In this document: positions 1 through 8,956 of the stretch, piece by piece
Layout of the letters: each line of letters starts with the position of its first letter
Numbering within the stretch: the first letter of the stretch is position 1
Sequence record: NZ_CP102943.1
Reading direction: 5' to 3' (one strand)
DNA length: 38,606 bases
From: a plasmid
Notes under the pieces: generated by a model
Database searches by the model: none
What the model was told of the DNA's origin: nothing
The model's input: only the letters and a program-made list of their open reading frames with translations
Made by a program: the position numbers and the translations under genes

Positions 1-9
1 GGGTTCGGT

Positions 10-2391
10 ATGCAGCGTTTGATGGTTGTGGAGAGCCCCAACAAGATCAAGAAACTTGAGGCCATCTTGGGAGCCGAATGGAAGGTGATGGCCAGCTACG
101 GTCATGTGCGGGATCTACCGCCCAAGGATCTGGGGATAGATCTGGACGATTTCGGCCTGACCTATGAGTACCTGCCGCCGGTTAAGCGGGGCGATAAGAC
201 GTTCCCCGGCAGTGCCGAGCGTGTTGCGGCGATCAAGAAGCAGGCGAAGGGAGCGGACCGGGTTTACCTGGCTTCGGACCCGGATCGCGAGGGCGAGGCG
301 ATCAGCTGGCATCTGCGTGAGGCGGTGGGCCTTGCGCCGGGCCAATACGTGCGCGTCACGTTTGGCGAGATCATGGGCGCAGCAGTCCGCGCCTCGGTGG
401 AGTCGCCGCGCGAGATCGATATGCAGCTGGTGGACGCCCAGCAGGCCCGCCGAGCCCTGGACCGCATGGTGGGCTGGCTGGTGTCGCCAGTGTTGTCGGA
501 CGTACTGGGCCGGAACGTTTCCGCCGGCCGAGTTCAGAGTTTGGTGGTGCGGTTGATTGTGGACCGGGAGCGCGCTATCCGCGCCTTCAAACCGGTGGGG
601 CATTTCGGCGCGATGGTGTCGTTCGCCGCTGGCGGTGACAGTAAGGCAGGGTGGAGCGCTGCATGGGACACGGGCCCGCACCTGAGCGAAGGCCAGCAGT
701 ACGTGCTGGATGAAGCGTTGGCGGGCAAGGCCAGCCAATGCCGGCGGTTTGAAGTCCTGGCATCCGAGGGGAAGGACGCTCGGCAGGCCCCGCCGTCACC
801 GTTCAGCACCGCACTGCTGCTGCAAGCCGCCAGCGCGAAGCTGAAACTGACGGTTGCGCAGGTCGAGAAAGCGGCGCAGAAGCTGTACGAAGACGGCTTC
901 GTGAACTACATCCGTACCGACTCGGTGAACCTGTCGGCCGAAGCGGTGCCGATGATTCGCGCGTACGCCGTGGAAAAGGGGTTCGCAGTGCCGGCAGAGC
1001 CACGGAAGTGGAAGGAAGACGCCGACGCGCAGGAGGGGCATGAGGCCATCAGGCCGATTTCCATGGACGTGGAAGAAGCCGGCAGCGACGACGTGCAGCG
1101 TGCGGTCTATAAGCTCATTCGTGACCGTACCCTCGCCAGCCAGATTGAGGACGCGCGTTACCGCGTCAATACGGTTCGCCTGCGGGCCGTGGGTGCCGAT
1201 GAAGCTTTTGAATTTGACGCGACCGGCCGGGTGATGACGCTTCCAGGGTGGCGAGCGGTGGCCGGCGGCGATGCTGTCGAAGCTGAGGCCGAAGAGGCCG
1301 AGCCCGCAAACGCCGTGCCGGTGTTGGATGTTGGCGCGATCATCGATGCTGTGACGGGGGAAGTGCAGCGCAAGAAGACACAGGCCCCGGCGCGCTACAC
1401 CGAGTCCACATTGGTAAAGAAGCTGAAAAACGAGGGCGTGGGCAGACCGTCCACGTTGCCGGCGATCATCAACACCATTCAGGCGAGGGGCTACGTTGAA
1501 TTGCAGAAACGTCAGTTCGTTCCTACCTCGCTTGGGGAAATGGTCACCGATGTGCTGGTGCGGGCAGGTTTCAGCTTCATGGAAGTGGATTTCACCCGGC
1601 AACTGGAAGGACAGCTGGACGCTATCGCGCGAGGCGCAGCGAGCTATGGGGAAGTGGTCGGACCGGCTTACAGGCTGTTGATCGATGAGTTGGCCAAGGT
1701 GGGTGAGAGCGGCGAGTTCGCCCCGGCCTTCAAGTGCCCGAAGTGCGCGCAAGGGCTGCGCATGTTCAGCGGCAGTGCGGCCCGCTCTGCCTACTGGCGC
1801 TGCGTGAACACCGAAGGGTGCGGGCACTTCATGGATGACAAGGACGGCAAGCCGGTAGAGCGCGCCGTTCACCCATGCCCGAGGTGCGCCACGCCTCTGC
1901 GGCGATACCGCCGCAAGAGCGGCGTCGGCCACCTGTGGGCCTGCCCGGTGGATGAGTGCAACACCCTGCTGGATGACAACGCCGGCAAGCCGGTGGCGAT
2001 CCATAAGTGCGGTAAATGCGGCACGGTCCTTCGCCGTTTCCAGAAGAAGAACCGGGACACAGGGCGCCTCCTTCAGAAATGGGGCTGGTTCTGCCCCAAT
2101 GAGGAAGGGGGCTGTAAGAACTTCTTAGACGACAAGGACGGCGTGCCGGTGCCGGTGCCCGTGCACCCGTGCCCGGCGTGTGGCAAGGCGATGCACCTGC
2201 GGTCAGGGGAACACGGCAAGTTCTGGGGGTGCAGTGGCTACCGCGACGGCTGCAAGACGGTGATGGATGACAAGGGCGGCAAGCCTGTGCCCAAAGGCGC
2301 CGCTGGTGCCGGCGGATCTGCCAGGAAGGCAGGGAAGGGCGCTGGTGGCAAGGCTTCCCCGGCCGTGGTCAGGATCGGGATAAAGCACTAG
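10..2391 (+). CDS. Type IA DNA topoisomerase (TopA/TopB-like) with 4 C-terminal C4 zinc-ribbon repeats
   Basis: N-terminal TOPRIM-like VVESPNKIKKLEAILG...GHVRDLP resembles the topo I N-terminus. C-terminus has four tandem repeats of the form CPxC...W.C...C...DDKxGKPV (zf-C4 topoisomerase type). Full length, with ATG at 10. Confidence 0.85.
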   Translation: MQRLMVVESPNKIKKLEAILGAEWKVMASYGHVRDLPPKDLGIDLDDFGLTYEYLPPVKRGDKTFPGSAERVAAIKKQAKGADRVYLASDPDREGEAISWHLREAVGLAPGQYVRVTFGEIMGAAVRASVESPREIDMQLVDAQQARRALDRMVGWLVSPVLSDVLGRNVSAGRVQSLVVRLIVDRERAIRAFKPVGHFGAMVSFAAGGDSKAGWSAAWDTGPHLSEGQQYVLDEALAGKASQCRRFEVLASEGKDARQAPPSPFSTALLLQAASAKLKLTVAQVEKAAQKLYEDGFVNYIRTDSVNLSAEAVPMIRAYAVEKGFAVPAEPRKWKEDADAQEGHEAIRPISMDVEEAGSDDVQRAVYKLIRDRTLASQIEDARYRVNTVRLRAVGADEAFEFDATGRVMTLPGWRAVAGGDAVEAEAEEAEPANAVPVLDVGAIIDAVTGEVQRKKTQAPARYTESTLVKKLKNEGVGRPSTLPAIINTIQARGYVELQKRQFVPTSLGEMVTDVLVRAGFSFMEVDFTRQLEGQLDAIARGAASYGEVVGPAYRLLIDELAKVGESGEFAPAFKCPKCAQGLRMFSGSAARSAYWRCVNTEGCGHFMDDKDGKPVERAVHPCPRCATPLRRYRRKSGVGHLWACPVDECNTLLDDNAGKPVAIHKCGKCGTVLRRFQKKNRDTGRLLQKWGWFCPNEEGGCKNFLDDKDGVPVPVPVHPCPACGKAMHLRSGEHGKFWGCSGYRDGCKTVMDDKGGKPVPKGAAGAGGSARKAGKGAGGKASPAVVRIGIKH

Positions 2392-2416
2392 CTGCAAAAA
2401 ATCACAGATTGCTTTG

Positions 2417-2435
2417 CCAATATGTACCATCTTGG
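2417..2435. promoter_or_regulatory. 19-bp palindromic operator-like motif copy a (CCAATATGTACCATCTTGG) upstream of virB2; GGTGTAGACT follows
   Basis: Inverted repeat CCAATAT/ATCTTGG around TACCAT; about 110 bp upstream of the virB2 ATG; same family as copies at 8004, 14944, 18169, 25917, 35055, 37261, 37765. Confidence 0.6.
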
Positions 2436-2542
2436 CAATTGAAGGTGTAGACTACAGGCATCGCGCGATGGGCAACCGGATAAGCCATATCCCACCATTG
2501 CGCGGTGCCAACCAACCGTAGTCACCCACACCGGAGATTTCC

Positions 2543-2878
2543 ATGTCTGCATCGTCGTCCACCACCCTGGCTACCCCGAGCAAGGCCAACGCCTTCATGC
2601 GGGCGTTGCCGTACTTCGCCCTGCTGGCGCTCCTGGCCCTGGTTGCCACCTTCGACGTGTCCGCCGCCGATGGCGGGCTGGAAAAGGTCAATGAAGGCGT
2701 CGAAAAGGTGAAGTCGGTCCTGCAACTGGTCGCCGCCGGCGTGGTGACCATTGCCCTGATGTTCGCCGGCTTCAAGATGGGCTTCCAGAAGAGCGGCCTG
2801 ATGGAAGTGATGCCGATCATCATCGGTGGCCTGCTCATCGGCGCCGCGTCCTACATCGCCAGCTTCCTGGTGGGCTAA
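2543..2878 (+). CDS. virB2: VirB2/TrbC-family T4SS pilin
   Basis: 111 aa with a signal-like N-terminus and two hydrophobic segments, typical of pilin. GGAG RBS. First gene of the T4SS block. Confidence 0.85.
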   Translation: MSASSSTTLATPSKANAFMRALPYFALLALLALVATFDVSAADGGLEKVNEGVEKVKSVLQLVAAGVVTIALMFAGFKMGFQKSGLMEVMPIIIGGLLIGAASYIASFLVG

Positions 2879-2884
2879 GCCGCC

Positions 2885-3220
2885 ATGGCGAGCGATCAAG
2901 ACGAAGCCAATACCTACCGGGGCGACCCGATCTTTAAGGGATGCACCCGTCCGGCCATGGTCCTGGGCGTGCCGCTGTTCCCGTTCTTCATCGTCAACTT
3001 CCTCGTACTGATGGTGGCGGTGTGGGTGTGGTTTGGTGCAATCGCGCTCGTCCCGGTGGCGATCATGGTCATGCGACAGATCACCAAGCATGACGATCAG
3101 CAGTTCCGCCTGCTCGGCCTAAAGCTGCTGTTCCGGTTGGGCTTCCTCAACCGGAACGGCCGCTTTTGGCGGGCGTCCACCTACTCGCCGATCAGCTTCA
3201 AGAAACGGAAACGCCAATGA
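2885..3220 (+). CDS. virB3: VirB3 T4SS inner-membrane protein
   Basis: 111 aa; conserved hydrophobic stretch PLFPFFIVNFLVLMVAVWV; overlaps the virB4 start (ATGA). Confidence 0.8.
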   Translation: MASDQDEANTYRGDPIFKGCTRPAMVLGVPLFPFFIVNFLVLMVAVWVWFGAIALVPVAIMVMRQITKHDDQQFRLLGLKLLFRLGFLNRNGRFWRASTYSPISFKKRKRQ

Positions 3221-5823
3221 GCGCGCATCCTGCGTATTTCGACCAAATCAACGGGGAGCGCTCTGTGGCTCCCTTCATTCCGTACCGTGCGCACGTCGAT
3301 GACCACACCATCAGCACCGAAGATGGCGACTACATGCGCATCTGGAAGGTGGCCGGGCTCGCCTTTGAAACCCAAGACCCGGAAGAGACGCTGCGGCGCA
3401 AGGAACAGTTGAACACCCTATGGCGGTCGATTGCCAGCGATGAGGTGGCTGTGTGGACCCATCTGGTTCGTCGGGCAACAACCGATGAACTCAATGGGCG
3501 CTTCCCCGATGCGTTCAGCCGGCGCCTCAACACTAAGTATGGCCGCTCATTCAGTGGCTACAAGATGATGGCGAATGAGTGGTATCTGACCGTCATCTAC
3601 CGCCCCAAGCGCCCCGGCGCAACGCTGCTCAAGGGGTTGGGTGGTGGCGGTCGTCGCAACCTCGCGGACCTGCTGGCCGCGCAGGAAGAGGCCATCGCCA
3701 AGCTCGATGAGATCGCCTTCAATGTCGAGGCCGGCATGCAGCGCTACGGTCTGGACGGCCGGACCGGCATTGAGCCGCTGGGCGTCTATGAGATCGAGAA
3801 CCTGCCGCCAGTGCCGGGCGACATGCGCGGCCCCCGCAAGAGTGGCAAGTGTTCTCAGGCGTTGGAGTTCTTGAACTTCTTGATTACCGGCGTGTGGCAG
3901 CGCGTGCGTCTGCCGGATGGGCCGCTCAACGAGTACCTGGGCAACGCCTGGGTGCATGTGGGGGGTGAAACCATCGAGATCCGCACTCCGGATCGGACCC
4001 GTTTTGCCCGATGCCTCGACTTCAAGGACTACGCCCCGTGGGTCGAGCCCGGCATCCTCAATACGCTGATGTATGCGGACATTGAGTTCGTACTGACCCA
4101 ATCCTACAGCTTCATGAGCAAGCGCGAGGCCCGCAAGTTTCTGGATCGGCAGGCCACGCGGTTGGCGAATGGCGGCGACGGCACGCCGCAGGAAGTCGCG
4201 CAGTTGGATAAGGCCATCGAACAGCTGATGAACGGTCAGTTCGCGATGGGCGAGTACCACTTCGGCCTGATGGTGTTTGGCGACTCTGCCAGGGCGGTCA
4301 AGGTCAATACCACTACGGCAATGAGCCAGCTTCAAGATGAGGGGTTCCTGGCCTCGCTGGTTACCACGGCCACTGATGCGGCGTTCTACGCGCAACTGCC
4401 GTGCAACTGGCGATTCAGGCCCCGAGTTGCCGGCATTTCGTCGCAGGCGTTCGCTTGCCTCTCGGGGTTCCACAACTTCCGAGCCGGCAAGCGCAACGGC
4501 AATCCCTGGGGGGAAGCGCTGGCGTTGCTCAAGTCGCCGTCAGGCCAGCCGGCCTATCTGAATTACCACTACGGCAAGGGCGATGAGGACAACTTCGCCA
4601 AGATGATGTTGGGCAACACCCGCATCATCGGTCAGTCGGGTGCCGGTAAGACGGTCTTGATGAACTTCCTGATGATGCAGGCCCGGAAGTACGAACTGGA
4701 CTCGCCCACCGGCATGTGTCAGGTGGTTCTCGACAAGGACCGGGGCGCAATGGCGGCGGTGCTGGCGGTCGGTGGCAAGTACCTCGCATTTCGTAACGGC
4801 GTCCCGACCGGGTGCCAGCCGTTCCAGATGGAGCCGACGCCAGCCAACATCGGCTTCTTGGAGAAGCTGGTGAAGGTGCTGGCGCACCGGGATGGCAAGC
4901 CGCTGACCACCGCCGATGAGGTCAAGATCTCCCGCGCGGTGAAGACGGTCATGCGGATGGAAAAGCCGTTGCGCCGCATCAGCACGGTTTTGCAGAACCT
5001 GCCCGAAGGCAATACCCGTGAGGACCGGGATGACAGTCTCGCCAAGCGGCTCGCGAAGTGGTGCGCTGATGACGGGCAGGGCCGTGTCGGGTCGCTGGCG
5101 TGGGTGCTGGACTGCGAAAGCGACGAGATCGATTTCAATACGCATACCGTCTATGGGTTCGATGGCACTGATTTCCTCGACAACGAGGAAATGAAAACGC
5201 CCATGTCCATGTACCTCCTGCACCGGATGGACGGCGCCATCGACGGCCGTCGCTTCGTGTACTACATGGATGAGATGTGGAAGTGGGTCGAGGACGGCTC
5301 TGACTCGGAGATCAACCCGTTCGCCGAGTTCGCCGGCAACAAGCAGTTGACCATCCGAAAGCTCAACGGCCTGGGCGTGTTTGCTACCCAGATGCCGAGC
5401 AGCCTGCTGCAATCGAAGATCGCCAGCCAGCTGGTGCAGCAGGTGGCAACTGAGATCTACCTGCCCAACCCGAAGGCCGATTACCGCGAGTACACCGAAG
5501 GTTTCAAGGTGACGGCACAGGAATTCAGGATCATCAAGAACCTCGATGAACTGAGCCGCATGTTCCTGGTCAAGCAGGGCGACAAGTCCATGCTCTGCAA
5601 GCTGGATCTCGGCAAGTTCAAGCCGCAAGGCGCGCGCGAAGACGAATGGGAGGATTTCGACGACGAACTGGCGATTTTGTCAGGCGACAGCAGCAACAAC
5701 GAACTGATTGAACTGGCCATTGCCACGGTGGGGCCCGACCCCGAAGTGTGGGAACCGTGGTTCCAGCAGCAGCGCAAGGCTCGTATTCAGCAATCGAAGG
5801 CCCGAAAGGAGGGCACCCCATGA
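3217..5823 (+). CDS. virB4: VirB4 T4SS ATPase
   Basis: Walker A GQSGAGKTV; about 868 aa; start MSAHPAYF at residue 18 of the listed ORF, overlapping the virB3 stop. Confidence 0.9.
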   Translation: MSAHPAYFDQINGERSVAPFIPYRAHVDDHTISTEDGDYMRIWKVAGLAFETQDPEETLRRKEQLNTLWRSIASDEVAVWTHLVRRATTDELNGRFPDAFSRRLNTKYGRSFSGYKMMANEWYLTVIYRPKRPGATLLKGLGGGGRRNLADLLAAQEEAIAKLDEIAFNVEAGMQRYGLDGRTGIEPLGVYEIENLPPVPGDMRGPRKSGKCSQALEFLNFLITGVWQRVRLPDGPLNEYLGNAWVHVGGETIEIRTPDRTRFARCLDFKDYAPWVEPGILNTLMYADIEFVLTQSYSFMSKREARKFLDRQATRLANGGDGTPQEVAQLDKAIEQLMNGQFAMGEYHFGLMVFGDSARAVKVNTTTAMSQLQDEGFLASLVTTATDAAFYAQLPCNWRFRPRVAGISSQAFACLSGFHNFRAGKRNGNPWGEALALLKSPSGQPAYLNYHYGKGDEDNFAKMMLGNTRIIGQSGAGKTVLMNFLMMQARKYELDSPTGMCQVVLDKDRGAMAAVLAVGGKYLAFRNGVPTGCQPFQMEPTPANIGFLEKLVKVLAHRDGKPLTTADEVKISRAVKTVMRMEKPLRRISTVLQNLPEGNTREDRDDSLAKRLAKWCADDGQGRVGSLAWVLDCESDEIDFNTHTVYGFDGTDFLDNEEMKTPMSMYLLHRMDGAIDGRRFVYYMDEMWKWVEDGSDSEINPFAEFAGNKQLTIRKLNGLGVFATQMPSSLLQSKIASQLVQQVATEIYLPNPKADYREYTEGFKVTAQEFRIIKNLDELSRMFLVKQGDKSMLCKLDLGKFKPQGAREDEWEDFDDELAILSGDSSNNELIELAIATVGPDPEVWEPWFQQQRKARIQQSKARKEGTP

Positions 5824-6557
5824 AGAAGCTCGTTACCGCAATCGTCCTGGGCGGCGCGTTCGCGCTGGCCATGGTCGCCGGCCCGGCGGCGGCGCAGATA
5901 CCGGTGACGGTCACCACGCAGGTGACCGATTCGCCGATGACCTTCGCCGAGTTCGCGGCCAACACGTCTCGCTGGGCCCAGCAGGTCGCGCAGATGAAGT
6001 CGCAGATCAGCCAGATGGAGAATCAATACAAGGCGGTCACCGGAAGCAGAAACATGGGTGACCTGTTCAACAATCCGGCGCTGCGTAGCTACCTTCCCAG
6101 CGACTGGCAGAAGGTCTACGACGCCACGCGTAACGGTGGCTACAGCGGCCTGAGCGGCCGCGCCTCCCAGCTCTACAAGGACAACAAGGTCTACGACCTG
6201 TGCGTGAGGTTCCAGCCGGGGGACGCACGCAAGGCGTGTGAGGCAGCATCGGTCAAGTCCTTCCAAGACAAGGCGTTCGCAATGGATGCCTACGAGTCGG
6301 CTTCCAGCCGCCTCGACCAGATCACCTCGCTGATGCAGTCGATCAACACCACGCAGGACCCGAAGGCCATCGCCGAGTTGCAAGGGCGGATCGCGGCAGA
6401 GCAAGCGATGATCGCCAACGAACAGACTAAACTCCAGCTGTACCAGATGGTCGCGCAAGCGCAGGACAAGGTGCAGGAACAGCGCGAGCGCGAACTGGCG
6501 GCCAAAGAACTGGCACGCCGGGGCCATTTGGATCTCAAGCCGCTCGAATTCAACTAA
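5820..6557 (+). CDS. virB5: VirB5-like minor pilus subunit
   Basis: Signal peptide MKKLVTAIVLGGAFALAMVAGPAAAQ; size and position match VirB5/TraC; AAGGAGGG RBS; ATGA overlap with the virB4 stop. Confidence 0.75.
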   Translation: MKKLVTAIVLGGAFALAMVAGPAAAQIPVTVTTQVTDSPMTFAEFAANTSRWAQQVAQMKSQISQMENQYKAVTGSRNMGDLFNNPALRSYLPSDWQKVYDATRNGGYSGLSGRASQLYKDNKVYDLCVRFQPGDARKACEAASVKSFQDKAFAMDAYESASSRLDQITSLMQSINTTQDPKAIAELQGRIAAEQAMIANEQTKLQLYQMVAQAQDKVQEQRERELAAKELARRGHLDLKPLEFN

Positions 6558-6568
6558 GGAGATCCACC

Positions 6569-6847
6569 ATGAAGCGTATCGCCCTCGTCTCTGCCCTGGC
6601 CGTCCTCGCTGGCTGCTCTCAGGCCCCGGCTCCGGTGGCTGAACCCGTGCAGACGGTGGAATGGTTCAAGGAACACGACGCGGAGCGTTCCGCTGCCCTG
6701 GACAAGTGCCGAGCCAACCCCGGTGAGTTGGCCGGCACCCCCAACTGCATCAACGCCGAAAAGGCCCAGCAGGAGAAAGACGTTGCCCGGCGCGGGCACC
6801 TCAAGCTGGATGCGGCTGACCTGAACAAGCCGACAAAGGGGACGTGA
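6569..6847 (+). CDS. Small lipoprotein between virB5 and virB6 (entry-exclusion Eex-like position)
   Basis: Lipobox LAGC; 92 aa; AAGGAG RBS; synteny with eex of pKM101-type operons. Confidence 0.6.
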   Translation: MKRIALVSALAVLAGCSQAPAPVAEPVQTVEWFKEHDAERSAALDKCRANPGELAGTPNCINAEKAQQEKDVARRGHLKLDAADLNKPTKGT

Positions 6848-7938
6848 TGGAATTCCAACTGGTCCAGTTCATTGGTGAGTCAATCACCAATGCCCTACAG
6901 GCATACGTCAGTGCGGTTTCCAGTGACGTTGCGCAGATGGTGGCCCCCGTGGTGGCTGGGGCCATCGGCCTCTACTACACGGTCATGGGGTTGATGATCG
7001 TGCTGGGCCGAGCGGAAGGAGCGCTCGGCAATCTGGTAATGAGCATCATCAAGTACGCGTTGATCCTGGCGTTTGCGCTGAACATGAGCAACTACAACAA
7101 CTTTGTAGTGCGCGGCATTCAGGGTATGGAAGTGGGCATGGCGAAGGCTTTCGCGGCCAACGATGGATCGGATGCCAAATCGGCGTATCAGACCATTGAT
7201 GAGTCGATTCAACAGGGCTTCGACTTGTCGGCGGTGCTTTACGAGCGTGGGGCCAATCGCAGCATCGCCCAGATCGTCCTGGGGCTCTCCGAGCTTGGAA
7301 TGTCGGTAGGGATCGCGCTCGCCACGGCGGTGATCGCGCTGCCGGCGGCAGCGATGGTGATTGCCGCCAAGGCAATCATCGTCCTCCTGTCGGCCATAGG
7401 GCCACTGTTCATCGCCTGCCTGATTACGCCGCAGACCAAGGGATTCTTTGACCGGTGGTTTGCGGCGGTGATGACGCGGGTGTTTCAGATCGCGCTGCTG
7501 TCTGCCGTGCTGGCCTTGGCGATGAAGATGTTTAGCTACGTCATCATGCAGATCGATGTGGAGTCACCCACGGTAAGCACCCATCTTGCGATGTGGACCC
7601 TGGTCGGCATCACGATAACCATGTCGGTGGTGCTGTATCAGATCTATTCGGTGGGCGCGGAGTTGGGTGGCGGCATGGCATCGGCTGCGATCACGTTCGG
7701 TGGGATGGCGGCGAAGGCCATAGGCTTCACCACAGGCGTGGGCAACACTGTCCGACAGGTAGTGAACCCCATGTCCACCCGCCGCGATCTGGAGTCCGGA
7801 ATGATGGTTACGGCCGGTCGGCTCAACCACCTCGCTGCCGGCAATACAGCGTGGAACCCGCGTTACATGCAGCACGTCATGGGCCAGTTCGGAAAGAACT
7901 GGGGACATGCGCGCGGCGGATCTGTCCGGGGGGGATGA
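6847..7938 (+). CDS. virB6: VirB6/TrbL polytopic membrane protein
   Basis: Multiple transmembrane segments; about 363 aa; follows the lipoprotein with a TGATG overlap. Confidence 0.8.
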   Translation: MEFQLVQFIGESITNALQAYVSAVSSDVAQMVAPVVAGAIGLYYTVMGLMIVLGRAEGALGNLVMSIIKYALILAFALNMSNYNNFVVRGIQGMEVGMAKAFAANDGSDAKSAYQTIDESIQQGFDLSAVLYERGANRSIAQIVLGLSELGMSVGIALATAVIALPAAAMVIAAKAIIVLLSAIGPLFIACLITPQTKGFFDRWFAAVMTRVFQIALLSAVLALAMKMFSYVIMQIDVESPTVSTHLAMWTLVGITITMSVVLYQIYSVGAELGGGMASAAITFGGMAAKAIGFTTGVGNTVRQVVNPMSTRRDLESGMMVTAGRLNHLAAGNTAWNPRYMQHVMGQFGKNWGHARGGSVRGG

Positions 7939-7960
7939 ACCCCGACGCCAACACTGCTCC

Positions 7961-7992
7961 AAAAGCCGCTGTCACAGGCGGCTTTTTTATTG
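7961..7992 (+). terminator. Rho-independent terminator after virB6
   Basis: GCCGCtgtcacagGCGGC stem followed by TTTTTTATTGG. Confidence 0.6.
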
Positions 7993-8003
7993 GTTTCCTT
8001 TAA

Positions 8004-8022
8004 CCAAGATGTACCATCTTGG
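8004..8022. promoter_or_regulatory. 19-bp operator-like motif copy b (CCAAGATGTACCATCTTGG) with downstream GGTGTAGAAT
   Basis: Palindrome AACCAAGATG/CATCTTGGTT, 54 bp upstream of virB7. Confidence 0.65.
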
Positions 8023-8075
8023 TTATGTAGGGTGTAGAATCTGGATGTGACATTCCATCATCCGAGGTTGCCAAT

Positions 8076-8246
8076 ATGCGACACCCCCTGCTAACCGTGA
8101 TGCTGCTCGCCCTGGGCGGGTGCGCGACCACGGCTCCCGTAGTTCCGACACTGGCGGGCAAACCCCGGCAGTCCATCAACGCCGAGCGCCCGGCGACGGT
8201 GCCTCTGCATGCGGCTGATGACGCGTCTTCGGAGGTGTTCAAGTGA
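8076..8246 (+). CDS. virB7: VirB7 lipoprotein (56 aa; below the size cutoff of the ORF track)
   Basis: MRHPLLTVMLLALGGCATTAP gives a LALGGC lipobox. GAGG RBS. Stop overlaps the virB8 GTG start (GTGA). Confidence 0.7.
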   Translation: MRHPLLTVMLLALGGCATTAPVVPTLAGKPRQSINAERPATVPLHAADDASSEVFK

Positions 8247-8956
8247 TCGGCGCCAAGGCCAAGAACGAGTCGCCGGCGAAGGGCGAGAACCCTCATGCCG
8301 ATGCGCGCACCTGGGAAGCAAAGCGGGTGCTTGCGGTGGAACGGTCGGAACGTCGGGCGTGGCTCACTGCCGGCGGATTGGGGGTTGCGGTGGTGTCGAT
8401 GGCGGTGGCCATCGCGGTCATGCTGCCGCTCAAGACCACCGAAGTGCGCGTGGTGCGGGTCGATCAGTCAACCGGCTACGTTGACTATCTGACCACGGCG
8501 ACGAGTACGCCGCGCGAGGTAGAAATGGTTCTGGATGACCATTTCCTTGATGGCTATGTGCGCTCTTACGAGAGCTACGACTGGTATGTGCTGCAACAGG
8601 ACTACGACAGGATCGGGCTCTACTCCTCGTCGTCCGTGGGCAGGGACTACGCCGCGAAGTTCAGCGGCAGCCAGGATCTGACCAAGGTCTACGGCAGCAA
8701 TTGGAAAGAAACGGTCGAGATTCTTTCCATATCGCGGTCGCCATCGAGCGACAGCATCGCCAACGTGCGATTCCGCAAGACCAAGAAGCGAGTGGATGAC
8801 CAAGGGCCGGGGGAATCCCGCGTATGGCTGGCCGTCATCGCCTTCACCAAGAAGCCCGACGAGAAGGCGCCGGAATCTATCCGCCGCCTCAATCCGCTGG
8901 GCTTCACCGTAACCAGCTACCGGGCCTACCCGGAAGCTGCCGGCGGTGCGAAATGA
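8243..8956 (+). CDS. virB8: VirB8 T4SS inner-membrane protein
   Basis: One transmembrane segment plus a periplasmic NTF2-like domain profile; GTG start with GGAGGTG RBS. Confidence 0.8.
   Translation: MIGAKAKNESPAKGENPHADARTWEAKRVLAVERSERRAWLTAGGLGVAVVSMAVAIAVMLPLKTTEVRVVRVDQSTGYVDYLTTATSTPREVEMVLDDHFLDGYVRSYESYDWYVLQQDYDRIGLYSSSSVGRDYAAKFSGSQDLTKVYGSNWKETVEILSISRSPSSDSIANVRFRKTKKRVDDQGPGESRVWLAVIAFTKKPDEKAPESIRRLNPLGFTVTSYRAYPEAAGGAK

Noticed and set aside
115-2060. Many long antisense or out-of-frame ORFs overlapping the topoisomerase gene (e.g. 796..2004 -, 115..738 -)
   Set aside because: Typical artefacts of high-GC DNA: no RBS, Arg/Pro/Ala-rich low-complexity translations, and fully embedded in a well-supported gene on the other strand
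8824-8952. Upstream extensions of virB9 (8824) and virB10 (9752) as listed in the ORF track
   Set aside because: Internal ATGs at 8953 and 9836 give signal-peptide and typical N-termini and create ATGA overlaps with the preceding genes, the usual arrangement in virB operons
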